A stretch of DNA of 64,000 bases from Octopus sinensis (GCF_006345805.1 NC_042999.1:136400001-136464000), one strand, 5' to 3'. Shown: positions 1-12,673, counted from the stretch's first letter. A program made the numbers and translations. The notes: generated by a model from the sequence alone, not told the origin.

Positions 1-930
1 GCTGGCAACGGACACGAACGGATGGTGCTTTTACGTGTCACCGGCATGGGGGCTAGGCGAGGCTGGCAACGGACACGAACGGATGGTGCTTTTACATGCC
101 ACCGACACGGGGGGCCAGACAGGGCTGGCAAACGGCCACGAACGGATGGTGCTTTTATGTGTCACCGGCACGGAGGCCAGGCGAGGCTGGCAACGGACAC
201 GAACGGATGGTGCTTTTACATGTCACCGACACGGGGGCCAGACAGGGCTGGCAAACGGCCACGAACGGATGGTGCTTTTACGTGTCACCGGCACGGGGGC
301 CAGGCGAGGCTGGCAACGGACACGAACGGATGGTGCTTTTACGTGTCACCGGCATGGGGGCTAGGCGAGGCTGGCAACGGGCACGAACGGATGGTGCTTT
401 TACATGCCACCGACACGGGGGCCAGACAGGGCTGGCAAACGGCCACGAACGGATGGTGCTTTTACGTGTCACCGGCACGGAGGCCAGGCGAGGCTGGCAA
501 CGGACACGAACGGATGGTGCTTTTACATGTCACCGACATGGGGGCCAGACAGGGCTGGCAAACGGACACGAACGGATGGTGCTTTTACATGTCACCGACA
601 TGGGGGCCAGACAGGGCTGGCAAACGGCCACGAACGGATGGTGCTTTTACGTGTCACCGGCACGGGGGCCAGACAGAGCTGGCAAACGGCCACAAACGGA
701 TGGTGCTTTTACGTGTCACCGGCACGGGGGCCAGACAGAGCTGGCAAACGGCCACAAATGGATGGTGCTTTTACGTGTCACCGGCACGGGGGCCAGGCCA
801 GGCTGGCAACGAACACAAACGGATGGTGCTTTTACGTGCCACCGACACGGGGGCCAGACAGGGCTGGCAAACGGCTACGAACGGATGGTACTTTTACGTG
901 TCACCTGCACAGGGGCCTGATGTTGATCGA
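1..930 (+). repeat. GC/CpG-rich minisatellite, about 15 units of 60-62 bp, in the 3' region of an RTE LINE; continues off the left edge
   Basis: Unit gctggca(a)acgg(a/c)cacgaacggatggtgcttttac(g/a)tg(t/c)caccg(g/a)ca(c/t)gggggcca... repeats head to tail. Related units recur at about 21080-21400 and 29770-29930, next to the RTE 3' tail. Confidence 0.95.
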
Positions 931-2240
931 CCTCAATTTGGTTTGATCTTGATTTTGACTGTTCTCACTGGTCTTGCCGAGTTTTCTCACGCACAGCATA
1001 CCTCCAAAGGTCTCGGTCACTGGTCATTTCCTTGGTGAGACCTAAAGTTCGAAGGTCGTGCTTCACCGCCTCGACCAGGTTTTCCTGGGTCTACCTCTTC
1101 CACAGGTCCCCTCAACTGCCAGGGTGTGGCACTTTCGCACACAACTATCTTCAGCCATTCTCATCACATGACCATACCAGCGCATACGTCTCTCTTGCAC
1201 ACAACAACTGATGCTTCTTAGGTTCAACTTTTCTCTCAGGGTACTTACACTCTGTCGATTATGAACACTGACGTTACACATCCATCGGAGCATACTAGCT
1301 TAATTTCTTGCGAGCTTACGCAAATCCTCAGCAGTCACAGCCCAAGTTTCACTACCATGTAGCATGGCTGTACGTACACATGCATCATACAGTCTGCCTT
1401 TTACTTTGAGCGAGAGGCCTTTTGTCACCAGCAGGGGTAAGAGCTCTCTGAACTTTGCCCAGGCTATTCTTACTCTAGCAGTTATACTTTCAGCGCACCC
1501 ACCCCCCGCTACTGACTTGGTCACCTAGGTAACGGAAACTATCAACTACTTCTAGCTTTTCTCCCTGGAAAGTGACGGAAGTTGGTCTCAGAGCATTTTC
1601 AGTGTTAAGTTTCCTGAGCATCTGCCACATACAAAACCATCTTCCTAGTTAGCCTTCCTTTGACATTGCTGCACCTCTTATGTGTCCATAGCTTACACTT
1701 GGTGCATCTTATAGAGTTTCTACCTACACCTTTTCTACAGATCGAGCAGGGCCATCTACCTGAAGGCGTTTGTGATGGTCTACCTTCCTACTTATTAGGA
1801 CTTGGGTTTTGGCTAGGTTGATTCTAAGGCCCTTCGATTCTAAACCTTGTTTCCATACCTGAAACTTCTCCTCTAGTTCTGATAGAGACTCAGCAATTAG
1901 AGCAAGGTCATCAGCATAGAGGAGCTCCCAGGGGCATCCTGTATTGAATTCCTCCGTTATTGCCTGGAGGACTATGATAAATAGGAGGGGACTGAGGACT
2001 GAACCTTGGTGGACCCCAACCTCTACCCTGAATTCTTCACTGTACTCGGTGCCAACCCTCACCTTACTAGCAGCATCTCTGTACATGGCTTGTACAGCTT
2101 TCACTAACCATTCATCTATCCCTAGTTTCCTCATTGACCACCAGATGAGGGATCGGGGGACCCTGTCGAAGGCTTTCTCCATATCAACAAAAGCCAGGTA
2201 TAGGGGCTTGTCTTTGGCTAAGTAGCTTGTCTTTGGGTAG
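1..2240 (-). mobile_element. 5'-truncated, frameshifted RTE-clade LINE (RT domain, Cys-rich region, C-terminus, 3' region with tandem array)
   Basis: ORF 1724-2182 has EKAFDRVPR...GVHQGSVLSPLLF...LLYADDL (RT). ORFs 1300-1524 (YDACVRTAMLHGSETW) and 1063-1293 (RMRWYGHVMRM...GRGRPRKTW) match RTE C-terminal motifs. The 5' end abuts (TA)n. Confidence 0.93.
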
Positions 2241-2373
2241 GTATATATATATATATATATAGTAAAAGCTATTAAGATTCAAGTGAGTTCTGTTGAATTC
2301 ACATGAATGCGGTACTTAACTTAGATGCACCAGAAATCTATATGGTGTTAACCATAAGATAATGCGGGGTGAT

Positions 2374-2634
2374 TATAAATAAGAACAAAGCAACAAGAAT
2401 GGATCAATATTTCGGTACAATTGTTTCGTACGAAGACAGCTTTATTAAGGCTGCAAATATTGCAGTAAATATAAGTGACCCGTACTCATCAGCCGAAAAA
2501 ACATCTGAGTTCTCCAAACATCTAAGGGGTCACTTATATTTACTGCAATATTTGCAGCCTTAATAAAGTTGTCTTCATATGAAACAATTGTACCGAAATA
2601 TTGATCCATTCTTGTTGCTTTGTTCTTATTTATA
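2374..2634 (-). mobile_element. Palindromic Penelope-like mini-element (HHR-bearing terminus plus inverted partial copy) ending in (TA)n
   Basis: Arms 2374-2481 and 2527-2634 are reverse complements differing by a few CpG-type transitions, with a ~45-bp spacer. The left arm plus spacer holds a complete hammerhead on the minus strand. Confidence 0.75.
2410..2498 (-). ncRNA. Type I hammerhead ribozyme, canonical core
   Basis: Minus strand reads UUUCGG CUGAUGA GUACG [~48 nt] CGUAC GAAA CAAUUG UA CCGAAA. This gives a 6-bp stem I, a 5-bp stem II, a palindromic stem III and a GUA cleavage triplet (cut between 2416 and 2415). Confidence 0.88.
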
Positions 2635-2656
2635 TATATATATATATATATATACA

Positions 2657-2862
2657 CTTTTTTACTATTTTACTTGCTTCAGTCATTTGACTGCAGCCTT
2701 GCTAAAGCACCGCCTTTAGTTGGACAAATCAACCCCTGGACTTATTCTTTGTAAGCCTAGTACTTATTTAATTGGTCTGTTTTGCTGTACTGCTATGTCA
2801 TGGGGATGTAAACACACCAACATTGGTTGTCAAGCTATGGCGTGGTGACAAACACAGACACA
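2657..2862 (-). mobile_element. SINE family A, 3' half
   Basis: Matches the reverse complement of the 3' half of the complete copy at 35120-35544. Confidence 0.85.
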
Positions 2863-2944
2863 GATATATACATATATGCATAAATGTGAAACAAAGTGGA
2901 AAAAAGAGTGCTCAAATACCAGAGGTAGAGTAATATGCAAAACA

Positions 2945-3066
2945 GACCAATAAAATAAGTACTAGGCTTACAAAGAATAAGTCCAGGGATTGATTTGTCC
3001 AACTAAAAGCGGTGCTCTAGCAAGGCTGCAGACAAATGACTGAAACAAGTAAAATAGTAAAAAAGT
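2945..3066 (+). mobile_element. SINE family A, 3' end
   Basis: aataagtactaggcttacaaagaataagtcc...aaatgactgaaacaagtaaaa matches the tail of 35120-35544. Confidence 0.85.
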
Positions 3067-3889
3067 GTATATATATATATATATATATATAAAAATATAA
3101 ATAAGAACAAAGCAGCAGAAAAATAACAAAAGCTGTTACTCAGAGTCTCATGTTCCCATCGTCGGACAGTTTTGTTAAAATAGAACTGAAATAACAATTT
3201 GATCAAATAACGTACATATATATATATATATGCATATATATATATATATAAATATAAATATATGTATATATATGCATATAGGAGTACAGGACATCACCAA
3301 CATTAAACAACATAAAGTACGACCCTCCATCAGTTGCCACCTGTCTATCTACTCCTCATTTCAAGCTTTGAGCAACAATATGAGTCTTTGAAGACAGTTG
3401 CTTCCATAAGAACCAAAATAAAATTTGGGATTTATGGAAGGTCATATTTGGGAACAAAAACAGGACAGTGGAGACATACAAGGAAACCAAATGAAAACAA
3501 ACATGGAGGGTCATTAGACCAGAAAGACGGTAAAATAGTAAATGCTGGAGAAATATTTTCTTTGATGAAAGAAAAAATAGAAGACAGAGACAGGATACAT
3601 CCAGTCTTTAGGACAGCTCTGAAAGACAAGAAAGATGATCACGTGAGGAAAAGAAAGATGGACAATGGTCATGTGTGAGCAAAAAGAGAGAGAAAATGAG
3701 AAAGAGGGGAGAGAGAGAGACAGACAGAGAACGGTGAAGAGGAGAAAAAAGGAATTAAAGAAAGGATGAGAGAGAAAATGAAAGGGGGACAAAACACTAT
3801 AAGGTAGAGTCACATCAAAAAGATAAACTTACTTGGAAATGGATGCGTGGAAGTCAATCAAATAATATATATATATATATATATATATT

Positions 3890-4047
3890 CACAACAGGCT
3901 TCTTTCAGTTTCCATCCACCAAATCCACACACAAGGCTTTGGTTGGCTCGAGTCTATAGTGGAAGACACTTGTCCAAGGTGCCATGCAGTGGGACAAAAC
4001 CTGGAACCATGTGGTTGGGAAGCAAGCTTCTTACCACACAGCCATAC
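3890..4047 (-). mobile_element. SINE family A, 5' half (tRNA-like head)
   Basis: Reverse complement of ggctgtgtggtaag...ggttccaggttttgtcccactgcatggcaccttgg. Confidence 0.85.
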
Positions 4048-4124
4048 ATACACACACACCACACACCACACATACACACACACATATGTATATTTATCTA
4101 TCTACCTACCTGTCTATATATATA

Positions 4125-4206
4125 TCTGGCTTTGAAGATGCTTTCTTGTTTTATTTATGAAGTTCCCTGTCCATTATGTTCCAGAGGTGTTCAATAGGGT
4201 TCATAT
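4125..4206 (-). mobile_element. Small Tc1 transposase fragment (same family as 5560-6660)
   Basis: Close match to 5641-5720 (tggctttgaagatgctttc...gtccattatg...ataggg(t/c)tcatatc). Confidence 0.75.
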
Positions 4207-4318
4207 CTGGTGACAGATAAGAAAGCTGGTGAAGATGTAACAGAAAAGGGACAGGTACCATACACCTAAGTTACCGGATATGTATAAATGTATACATATG
4301 TATAAATATATACATACA

Positions 4319-4420
<102 letters not shown>

Positions 4421-4451
4421 CATGTATGTATGTATGAATGTATGTATGTGG

Positions 4452-4950
4452 CTGTCCCCTCGTGCACAATCCTTCTCCACCTGCTACGATCAATAGCTAT
4501 GCCTTCCCATGTGTCAGAAGAGATGCAAGCATCTCTTAAGGAAGCCTTCAACAAGTCCTTATACCTATTTTTTGGTTTATGTGGAGGTCGTTCTCCTTTA
4601 GCTAACTCTCCATAAAAGAGTTGTTTTGGCATCCTTGAATCCTTCATCCTGACCAGATGACCACTCCAGCTGAACCTTTGCTTTAACACAAGAGGTTCTA
4701 TACTTTCATACCGAGAGCCTTCCAATATTTCAAGATCACTGATGCAGTCCTTCCACTTAATACCATAGATCCGTCTGAGACACATCTGATGGAAACGTTC
4801 CAGTTGTTTAAGGTGGTATCAATACGTGACCCACGTCTCGCAGGCATCGCGAAGGGAGCACACATGTCTTGTACACCTTTATCTTTGTCTTTCTGCATAT
4901 GTCTCGCCGACTCCTCCTCTTTCCTCACTTTAGGTGTCTTGTCCTGCAAG
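4452..4950 (-). mobile_element. RTE/BovB-like LINE C-terminal fragment
   Basis: Translation ACETWVTY...LKQLERFHQMCLRRIYGIKWKD...WSGHLVRMKDSRMPKQLFYGEL...RYKDLLKASL...DRSRWR. Confidence 0.9.
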
Positions 4951-5127
4951 TGACTGGGTGACTTTATTGTTGCTAGTCCCGCATAAAAACATTACCCAGT
5001 ACTCTGTGAAATGGTTGGTATTAGGAAGTCTATCCAGCTGTAGAAGCCATACTAAACAGACAGCAGACATACATGCAGTTTTTTAACTTTCTAATTCCTG
5101 ACAAACTGCCCTACTGATGTTAAATAT

Positions 5128-5317
5128 TCTTTTCTACTCTAGGCACAAGGCCCGAAGTTTGGGTGGAAGGGGCAGTCGATATGATCGATCCCAGTATGCA
5201 ACTAGTACTTAATTTATTGACCCTGCAAAGATGAAAGGCAATATCAACCTCAAAGACAGATGAAATACCGCTAAGCATTTTGCCCGGCATGCTAGCGTCT
5301 GCCAGCTCACCACCTTA
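5128..5317 (-). mobile_element. SINE family D (tRNA-like head, core ttatcgaccc...ggatgaaaggcaaagtcgacc)
   Basis: Same sequence recurs at about 14570-14930, 48915-49280, 50995-52080 and 56700-56870. Confidence 0.8.
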
Positions 5318-5512
5318 CAGATGTTAAATATTGAAAGTGATGTTGTTGCATGTATTGAAAATTTCCTTCCAAAAGATCCATATCATTTTAGGAATTTTTT
5401 TTTGGAGTTAATTTTTATTTTAAGAACGTACTATATTGTGACTGCAGCAAGAAGTATGTTTTGTACAAATTTTATGTATGTGTGTGGGTGTACACACACA
5501 CACGCATACACA

Positions 5513-5543
<31 letters not shown>

Positions 5544-5559
5544 GCACACACACGTGCAA

Positions 5560-6660
5560 GGATCCTATTGGGCATGTTAGTGATCAGATGATGAATATTC
5601 TCTTGCAGAATTTCTTGCCAAGTAGCAATCTCATAAGATCTGGCTTTGAAGATGCTTTCGTCTTCTATTTATGAAGTGTTCTGTCCATTATGCCTCAGAA
5701 GTGTTCTATAGGGCTCATATCTTGTGACTGGCTTGGCCATGGAAGCTTTTTAATGCCATTCCCATCCAACAAATCTTGGATCATTTTAGCATTGTGACAA
5801 GGATCCCCATCTTTCATAAATAAAGAGTCTTCTTTAATCATTTCACCAGTGCAGGAGACTGGAAGGAGTCCTTTCTGCAAAATGGACACATTTATACCTG
5901 AGTTTAAGTTTCCATTACACTCCACCAGGTCTGATCAACCATTGCTCCACATTGCTCCCAGACCATCACATAATAGCTGCCATGTTGCATTGCTGGCTGC
6001 AATCTTTTTTCACATCAAATTCTTGATTACAGAGTCTCCAGACACGCACTCAACCACTGTCAGGAAATACAGCAAATCTGGATTCATCAGAGAATATGAC
6101 AGTGTCCCAAAATGTTAGTGGCCTCTCCACTGTCTCACTGGCCCAATCGTTTCTCCACTTGATGTTGGCTAATCGAAGGAGGGGCTTCCTTCTTGTTGCT
6201 CTGCCATAGTAACCAAGTTTGTGGAGATACCTGACAGCTGTTCCGGGACTGACATCAACTTGTTCTGTTATGTCAGAGGCCTTGCAACAAGGATTATCTT
6301 CCACATTTCTCTTAGCAAAGAAAAGGAACCTGTCAGAGGACCTTGGTTGATCTGGGCAAGATGATGTGACTCCCTCCCCTCTGGTGAATTGCACAATCAC
6401 TCTATTAACTGTAGAAAGTGTGATCCCAAGGTTTTCTGCAATTTTATGCTGACTGTGTCCACCTTCAGAATGTCCCACAATATGGCTTCTTTGAAAGTCA
6501 GACAGTTCCAAGGCTTCTTTTGTACATGGCATAATTAAACAGTCACATATAGAACTTGAAGCATAAAAATGTCAATTAATAAAAAATATAAACCTTTACA
6601 AGCTAGAATAAACATAAAATGATGTTTTATGGGATGTCTGTTAACTTCTGTCATATGTGT
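5560..6660 (-). mobile_element. Degenerate Tc1 transposon, 3' terminus not evident
   Basis: ORF 6050-6532 has an HTH region and [12 protein letters not shown] 5695-5925 has FMKDGDPCH...WPSQSQDMSPIEH (decayed DD34E). Confidence 0.92.
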
Positions 6661-7322
6661 GTGTGTATAGATATATACATACATACACACATACATACAT
6701 GCATACATACATACATACATACATACATACATACATACATACATACATACATAAGTATATATAAATATATATAAGCATGAATATGTATGTTTGTGTAACA
6801 ATCATTATTGCCATTTAGCATCCATACTCCCATACTGGTATGGGTTAATTGGGTTACCAGGAGACAAAGGACCCAATCATGATCTAGTGGCTGTTTTGGC
6901 AGGTTTCCTACAGCTATATGCAGTTTCTAATGCTAGCCACTTTACAGCATGCACTCAGGCTTCTTTTTTGTGCCACCATCACTAGTGAGGTCACCATGCA
7001 GCTTGCATGACTACGAATGCTGAAGGAGAAGCTTTGCAGAAGGAGATGGTGTAGGGATATAAAGCATAAGAGAAGGGGTCACAACAGAGTAGGTTTCTTG
7101 CTGTGGAGGAGTAACACGACAACTTACATTTTAGAAGAGAGTTTGGGAGGAATTAGGCAGAAATGGAAAGTGATAATAAAACAGTGGTGATGAAGTTTCT
7201 GAGCAGACCTTAAGTAACAAGTTGTGTAGAAATAAATGGGACAGAGGAACCAGAAATGTGGATGGGAACAGTTTGCTAGATAATATAGTGGAATGAGAGT
7301 AATGAAAGAAATTGTCCTGATA

Positions 7323-8970
7323 TCCATATCTATAAAACAGAGGTTGTCTGTGTGTGTGTCTGTCTGTCCGGGTTCTTCTTCGAAACTAGCCAACATTTTT
7401 TTTTGAAACTTTGCATATCGGTGCACTTTTGGACAAGATGGGTCATGACGCTATTGATTTTTCATATTGATATCGGGTTGCTCCAAAAAATCGATAAATC
7501 AATATTGATCTTTTTCAAAAGTTGTCCGATTTTGATCAAAATCAAAATACTTATGCATTTTTATCTAAGGAGTTTAATAGGATCATTAGCTTTTTCAAAT
7601 TCCGTTTCATTTGAGCATAGGATGAGAAGAACTGACTCAAAAAATGCCCTTCTGGATATAGTGCCTGAAGCTTTTATCCGATTGTGCTCAACTTCACATC
7701 CAAGGTATATTAGACTCTGACCTACAGTTTGTAAAAATTTGCATACTTTTAGGGTGATTCTTTTGTGAGGTGTAGCACATTGAAAAAATCAATAATGCTT
7801 TAGTGCCTCCACTCTTTGTCTGATTGTCTTATAGGTTTACACACATGCGCACTGTGCACCAAACATTATGTATCACTGATACAATGTTTAAATTTCTCTT
7901 ATTAAAGTACTGTTTATCAACTTATTATTTGTTATTTATTACATTTGAGAACTTACAAATTTCACGAAAGATTTCCTTCAAAATTGTTACACTGAATAGA
8001 TTTTTTCGGGAGATATTTCTATGTTTTTAAATTTTTCGATTCTCATGTATTTGTGGGTCACAACTGAAAATAAAACAATTGTTTTCTAAGGTTTTTAATG
8101 CATATATCAATGTGGAATTTTTCAATTCTGTTAAATAAACCAGTCACAAGGTCAAACACTATCTGTTGCTAGTATTCTTTTGGACGAGTCAAGTTTTTCA
8201 CATGGACAACTATACATTGGCTGTTCAAGAGTGGGATGCAAGGCGATTCTCTTTTCATTTGCCCGAAATGGGAGAACAAGGAATATCATGTACAAGGAGG
8301 TGCTACAACCAAGTCAAAGTGAGAAATGTACGTTTCTGTGGTTTTTTGCTAAAGAGTCTTCTCATTTCATATCTAAAACCACTACTTTTCAGGTACCTAT
8401 GGCAGCAAGGGATGCACTCGATCAGTAGCCATCACATCTACAACAGCAATGACACCAGTATCATAACAAAGTTACACAACGTGAATCCTGCACCCCTGAA
8501 GTAATCAAAGACTGATCGAGACTTACTATTGTTCAATGGAATGACAAATAAACATTTGGTTTCTCTCCTTCCTTTAACAAAACCCTTACACTTAGGGCTT
8601 TATGGGTTGACCACTTAACTTTAAGTAGATATTCTGTAAATCTAGGAGGACTGATCATTTATGAGCACAAAGCTATGACACCAAGAAGACTCCGATATAT
8701 TCAAGACTTTGTTATAGTTACTCACTGAGCAGGAAATAATATATAAGGTCAGGTTTATAAAGTCTAGCAATGCCGAGACACACTGCAGTAATCTCATGCC
8801 TATGTTACTAATTTTAAATAATTTTCTCACTCAATTCTTAACCAAACATTTTGGTAACATAGAAGTTATTATTACTGAATCGCATATCTTTCATTTATTT
8901 TGAAATTGAAATACCCCGGTGTTGTTTTACATTAATTGACATTACTGGGCAATGCCGGGTAAACTGCTAG
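7323..8970 (+). mobile_element. Internally deleted Helitron retaining the helicase C-terminus
   Basis: 8180-8310 translates DESSFSHGQLYIGCSRV...TRNIMYKEVL (PIF1-like helicase motif VI). The 3' end has a decayed hairpin (ctgggcaatgccggg) and CTAG at 8967-8970. The 5' end (tc..tctataaaacagaggttgtctgtgt) resembles the 5' end of the element at 33280-33655. Confidence 0.8.
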
Positions 8971-10209
8971 CGTTTCATAATTAAATTGTCTATTCATCAG
9001 TAGATAAGTATCATTCATCCTTCTGTACTGAAAGAGAACTTATAGCAATTGCTATTTAAATCAAGCACAAACCAGAATATTGCTGTAATGGATGTAATTT
9101 GAATAATACATGTTAATCAGCACCATATCATTATCGTCATTCACTTTTCTATGTTTGCATGGATCAAACCCTCACTTGTTTCCAAGTAAAGTAATATTTC
9201 CTTATGGCAAGACATGTTTTGCATGGAAAACTGAAAACTAAAAACTTCACCAGTATACTGATGATCATCATTAACAACCATTGTGTAATGTCTATATGAG
9301 AGAACACTCAAACACATGTACACACAGGCTTCTTTCTAGGCTTTGGTTGGCCCAGGGTTATTGTAGAAGACACTTGTTGATATGTAAAACATAGTGGATA
9401 TTAGACACCAAGTACAATGGAAGACCTAGGACACTATATTCTTATCAGACTTCTTTAATAAAGTGCAAGTTTTACTGTACATTCTACAGTAGTGATGAAA
9501 AAGTGACTAAGTATACACACTAACTAGTGTAGAAAATGAGTATATTTTGATTTTTGAGGTAATTAACCCTGCATGGAAAATCAATATTCAATGTAAACAT
9601 ATTCAATGCAGTGAGTATACAAAAGTTAATAAGAAATAATTATGCAGTGCTATTATTTCTCATGTGGATGATATCTCTAAGTAAATTCTCTTGAGTAATT
9701 TATTCCTTAAAATATGTCAATTTTTTGTGCCAACTTATGTATATTAATCTACACTGCTTAGTGATTCTCTTATCATGAATTCAGTTAATATGATGAAACT
9801 TGTGCTTCATTCATAGGCACAAACATAGCTGTGCAGTTATGAAGTTCTCTTTACTATCATATGGTTTCAGGTTTAATTCCATTGCATGGCACATTGGGTA
9901 AGTGCCATCTACTATAGACCCTGACTAATCCTTGGGAAAAGATTTGGTACATGGAAACAAAAATCAGGCTGTCACTAATGTATGTATGTATGTATGTATG
10001 TATGTATGTATGTATGTATGTATGTATGAATGTATACGTTCATGCACGTGTGTGTGTGCATGTGTATGTGTATGTATGTATTACAGTTAAGACATGAAGT
10101 CTATAATACATTATCAGACCAGTCTTTGGTCTTCAAATTTCATCTGTGGTACCACTCATGTCTAAGGGCTGCTCCTTTCTCTATAAGGATCATGAAGGTG
10201 CCATGAAAA

Positions 10210-11720
10210 TCTTTTTTAAAATCCCTCAGTTATTAATGAAAATGTCTGCCTGAACAGGATTTTATCCTTGAAATAATAGACCATTCCTCTATCAGTGAGA
10301 TGAAAACAAAAAATGGTTAAAGTAATTAATAGTGGGAAGGCATTGGGTCTGACAGTATTCCCTTTAAAGTCCTCCTCCACAGAAGTGACAGGCTTGTTGT
10401 AGAGATTCACCATCTAATATCAGATTTCTTACCAGGTTCTCCTGTACCCCAGGACTGGGGTGATTTTATTTTAATCTCATTGTTCAAAGGAAAACAACCA
10501 AAATCTGTGTGTGAAAACTACAGAGGAATAAGCCTACAAAACTTTTATTAATTAGCTTACAAAGTGGGTATACTCTTCTGTTATCCCAGAAAGTTGATAT
10601 TGTTTTATATCAGGTCTTAGTACAATGGACATAATATTTTCTGTTCATAAATTTCAGGAGAAATGCATTAAACTTCGCAGAGCTTTTCCCAGGTCTTTGC
10701 TGATTGAACAAAAGCCTTTGACATTGTTAATAGGCTGCTCTCTAGACCATTCTTGGTAAACTTGGATATCCACTTCAGTTTGTCAAGTTGTTTGAGCAAC
10801 TTAATTGTGACATAAGCTCACTTTAGCTTCAATGGTTCACTCTTGGAACCAATTACCATTGATAATGGGGTTAAACAATAGGATGCTCCTACCGCAACAA
10901 TATTTTCCACATATTTTGCCTTAACTGTCTCCTACACTTTCCAGGACTGTGACATCAGCATCACTTCAGAACCACAGATATTGTTTTTGACATTACACAC
11001 TTAAATGCAAGAAACTTTCCAGACACTTATTTGTAAGCTCCTTTATATCGATGATATAGTTCTCATTGCTCCCTCCAAAGAAGATATGCAGGCTACAATG
11101 AATCTCTTCTCTAGAGCATGCTGTGCTTTTGGACTTACCATCAGTCTGAAGAAGAATAAAGTCATGTTCTCGCTGCCTCTTAGGCAGCCCTATGTCAAAA
11201 CTAACACCTTCATCCAGGGTACGCATATACGATTGAATGTGGTCAACTGTTTTGCTATCTTGGCAGCACTCTTTTAAGAGTTGGATCCCTTGATTTTGAA
11301 ATAAGTCGGAGGCTTGAAAAAAGCCAGCCAACTTTTGGATGACTAAAAAAATCACATGTGGTCAGTCAGAAACATCAACGCCAAAACCAAGCTCAGCATC
11401 TTTGAATGATGCATCTTAACTGCTCATCTGAGGCTAAGACTATATTATCGTTGTCACATCAAAGCTTGGAAAGAGTCTATCAAACTTGCCATAGGAGGAT
11501 CTTAAACATTAACAATAGTCTCTAATACCAGACATCACTATTCTCCAATGAACCAATACATTCAGTATTGAAATGTTCCTCAGATTTAATCAGTGGCACT
11601 TGGTTGAGCTCCTTACTAGGATGGAGGGTGTCATGTTGAAACAAGAATTCATAAACAGGGCATGTATATTTGCATGAATATATACATAAGTAAGTATTCA
11701 CCAATATTTAAACTTAAAGA
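10210..11720 (+). mobile_element. Old, heavily decayed RTE/BovB-like LINE (RT region)
   Basis: Recognisable blocks LFKGK..KSVCENYRGISL and LLYIDDIVLIAPSKEDMQATMNLFSRACCAFGLTISLKKNKVM; many stops and frameshifts. Confidence 0.85.
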
Positions 11721-12068
11721 TATATATAAGAAACTAACTTTGGTTATTTTCATATCTACTGTGATCTTCTAGTATACCTCTTTAAATATGCTAATTAATT
11801 TTTTCCTAAAAGTATCTGTTTTATAACCATTCATACTTTACAAAATTGTTCTCCATCACAATTCTAAGGACCAAATTCTGTGGAATGGAATCTCTTTTGA
11901 ACCAAGTCTAATATATACAATTTTATTAATATTCACAAACCTTAGACAACTCATACAACTCTGTGGTTACATAAAATAATTCCTTTCCAATGACTTTAAC
12001 CTAAAAAGAATTATCATAAAATAGAAAAGATATACAAGAGTTTTATTAGCAATTTGGACATTTATAGT

Positions 12069-12372
12069 ATTATGCAAACTAGAAAATCTCTGCTATTTTA
12101 CGATAATTATTTTTTGGTTAAACGTAGTGGAGAGGAATTGTTTGATGTACCCATGGGATAGTACAACGGTTTGTATTAGAATCATGGTGGCATTTATTCC
12201 GCTCTGTAGAGTTTGATCTGATCACAGACTACTCAATTTGCAAAATATAAAGCGGCTATAGAAAAAGTGCTGTTATGGAGAAGTTTATCAACTTTTTCAA
12301 AGAGTTAAAGATGATAGCAGATATAAATCTAATTATAGTTGATTTCTTTGATATGACTGTAGATTTAGGTAC
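12069..12372 (+). pseudogene. Penelope-like element reverse transcriptase remnant
   Basis: From 12069: IMQTRKSLLFYDNYFLVKRSGEELFDVPMG*YNG. From 12302: ELKMIADINLIIVDFFDMTVDLG. These resemble the PLE RT motifs RKSLLF...FDVxMGSYDG and NLKxVxFLDVTLDL. Confidence 0.75.
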
Positions 12373-12673
12373 TGGTTAGCACAACTCTTGTAGCACATCA
12401 TTGTCATCATCATCATTGTTTTAATATCTAATTTTCCATTCTGACAATGGGTTGAACAGAATTTGTTGGAGTGGGTTTTCTACAGCCATCTGACCTTCCT
12501 GTTGCTAACCCTTAGCCTGTTCTTCAAGTAAGCTAAAAGTTACCCATGATCAGGCATGTTTCCATGAAAGATAGGAACATCATTCACATAATAGTGACAC
12601 TCATTTACAAATCAGACACCATGTCAAGGCAAAATATACACAAACACACATGTGCATACACTCACACACATGT

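Noticed and set aside
22-1038. 338-aa and overlapping ORFs; the array superficially resembles CRISPR
   Set aside because: These are translations of a tandem repeat open in several frames. There are no unique spacers or cas genes, and the context is eukaryotic.
8955-9005. Minus-strand CUGAUGA...GAAA beside the Helitron end
   Set aside because: Stems I and III do not form; it is likely chance in AT-rich DNA.
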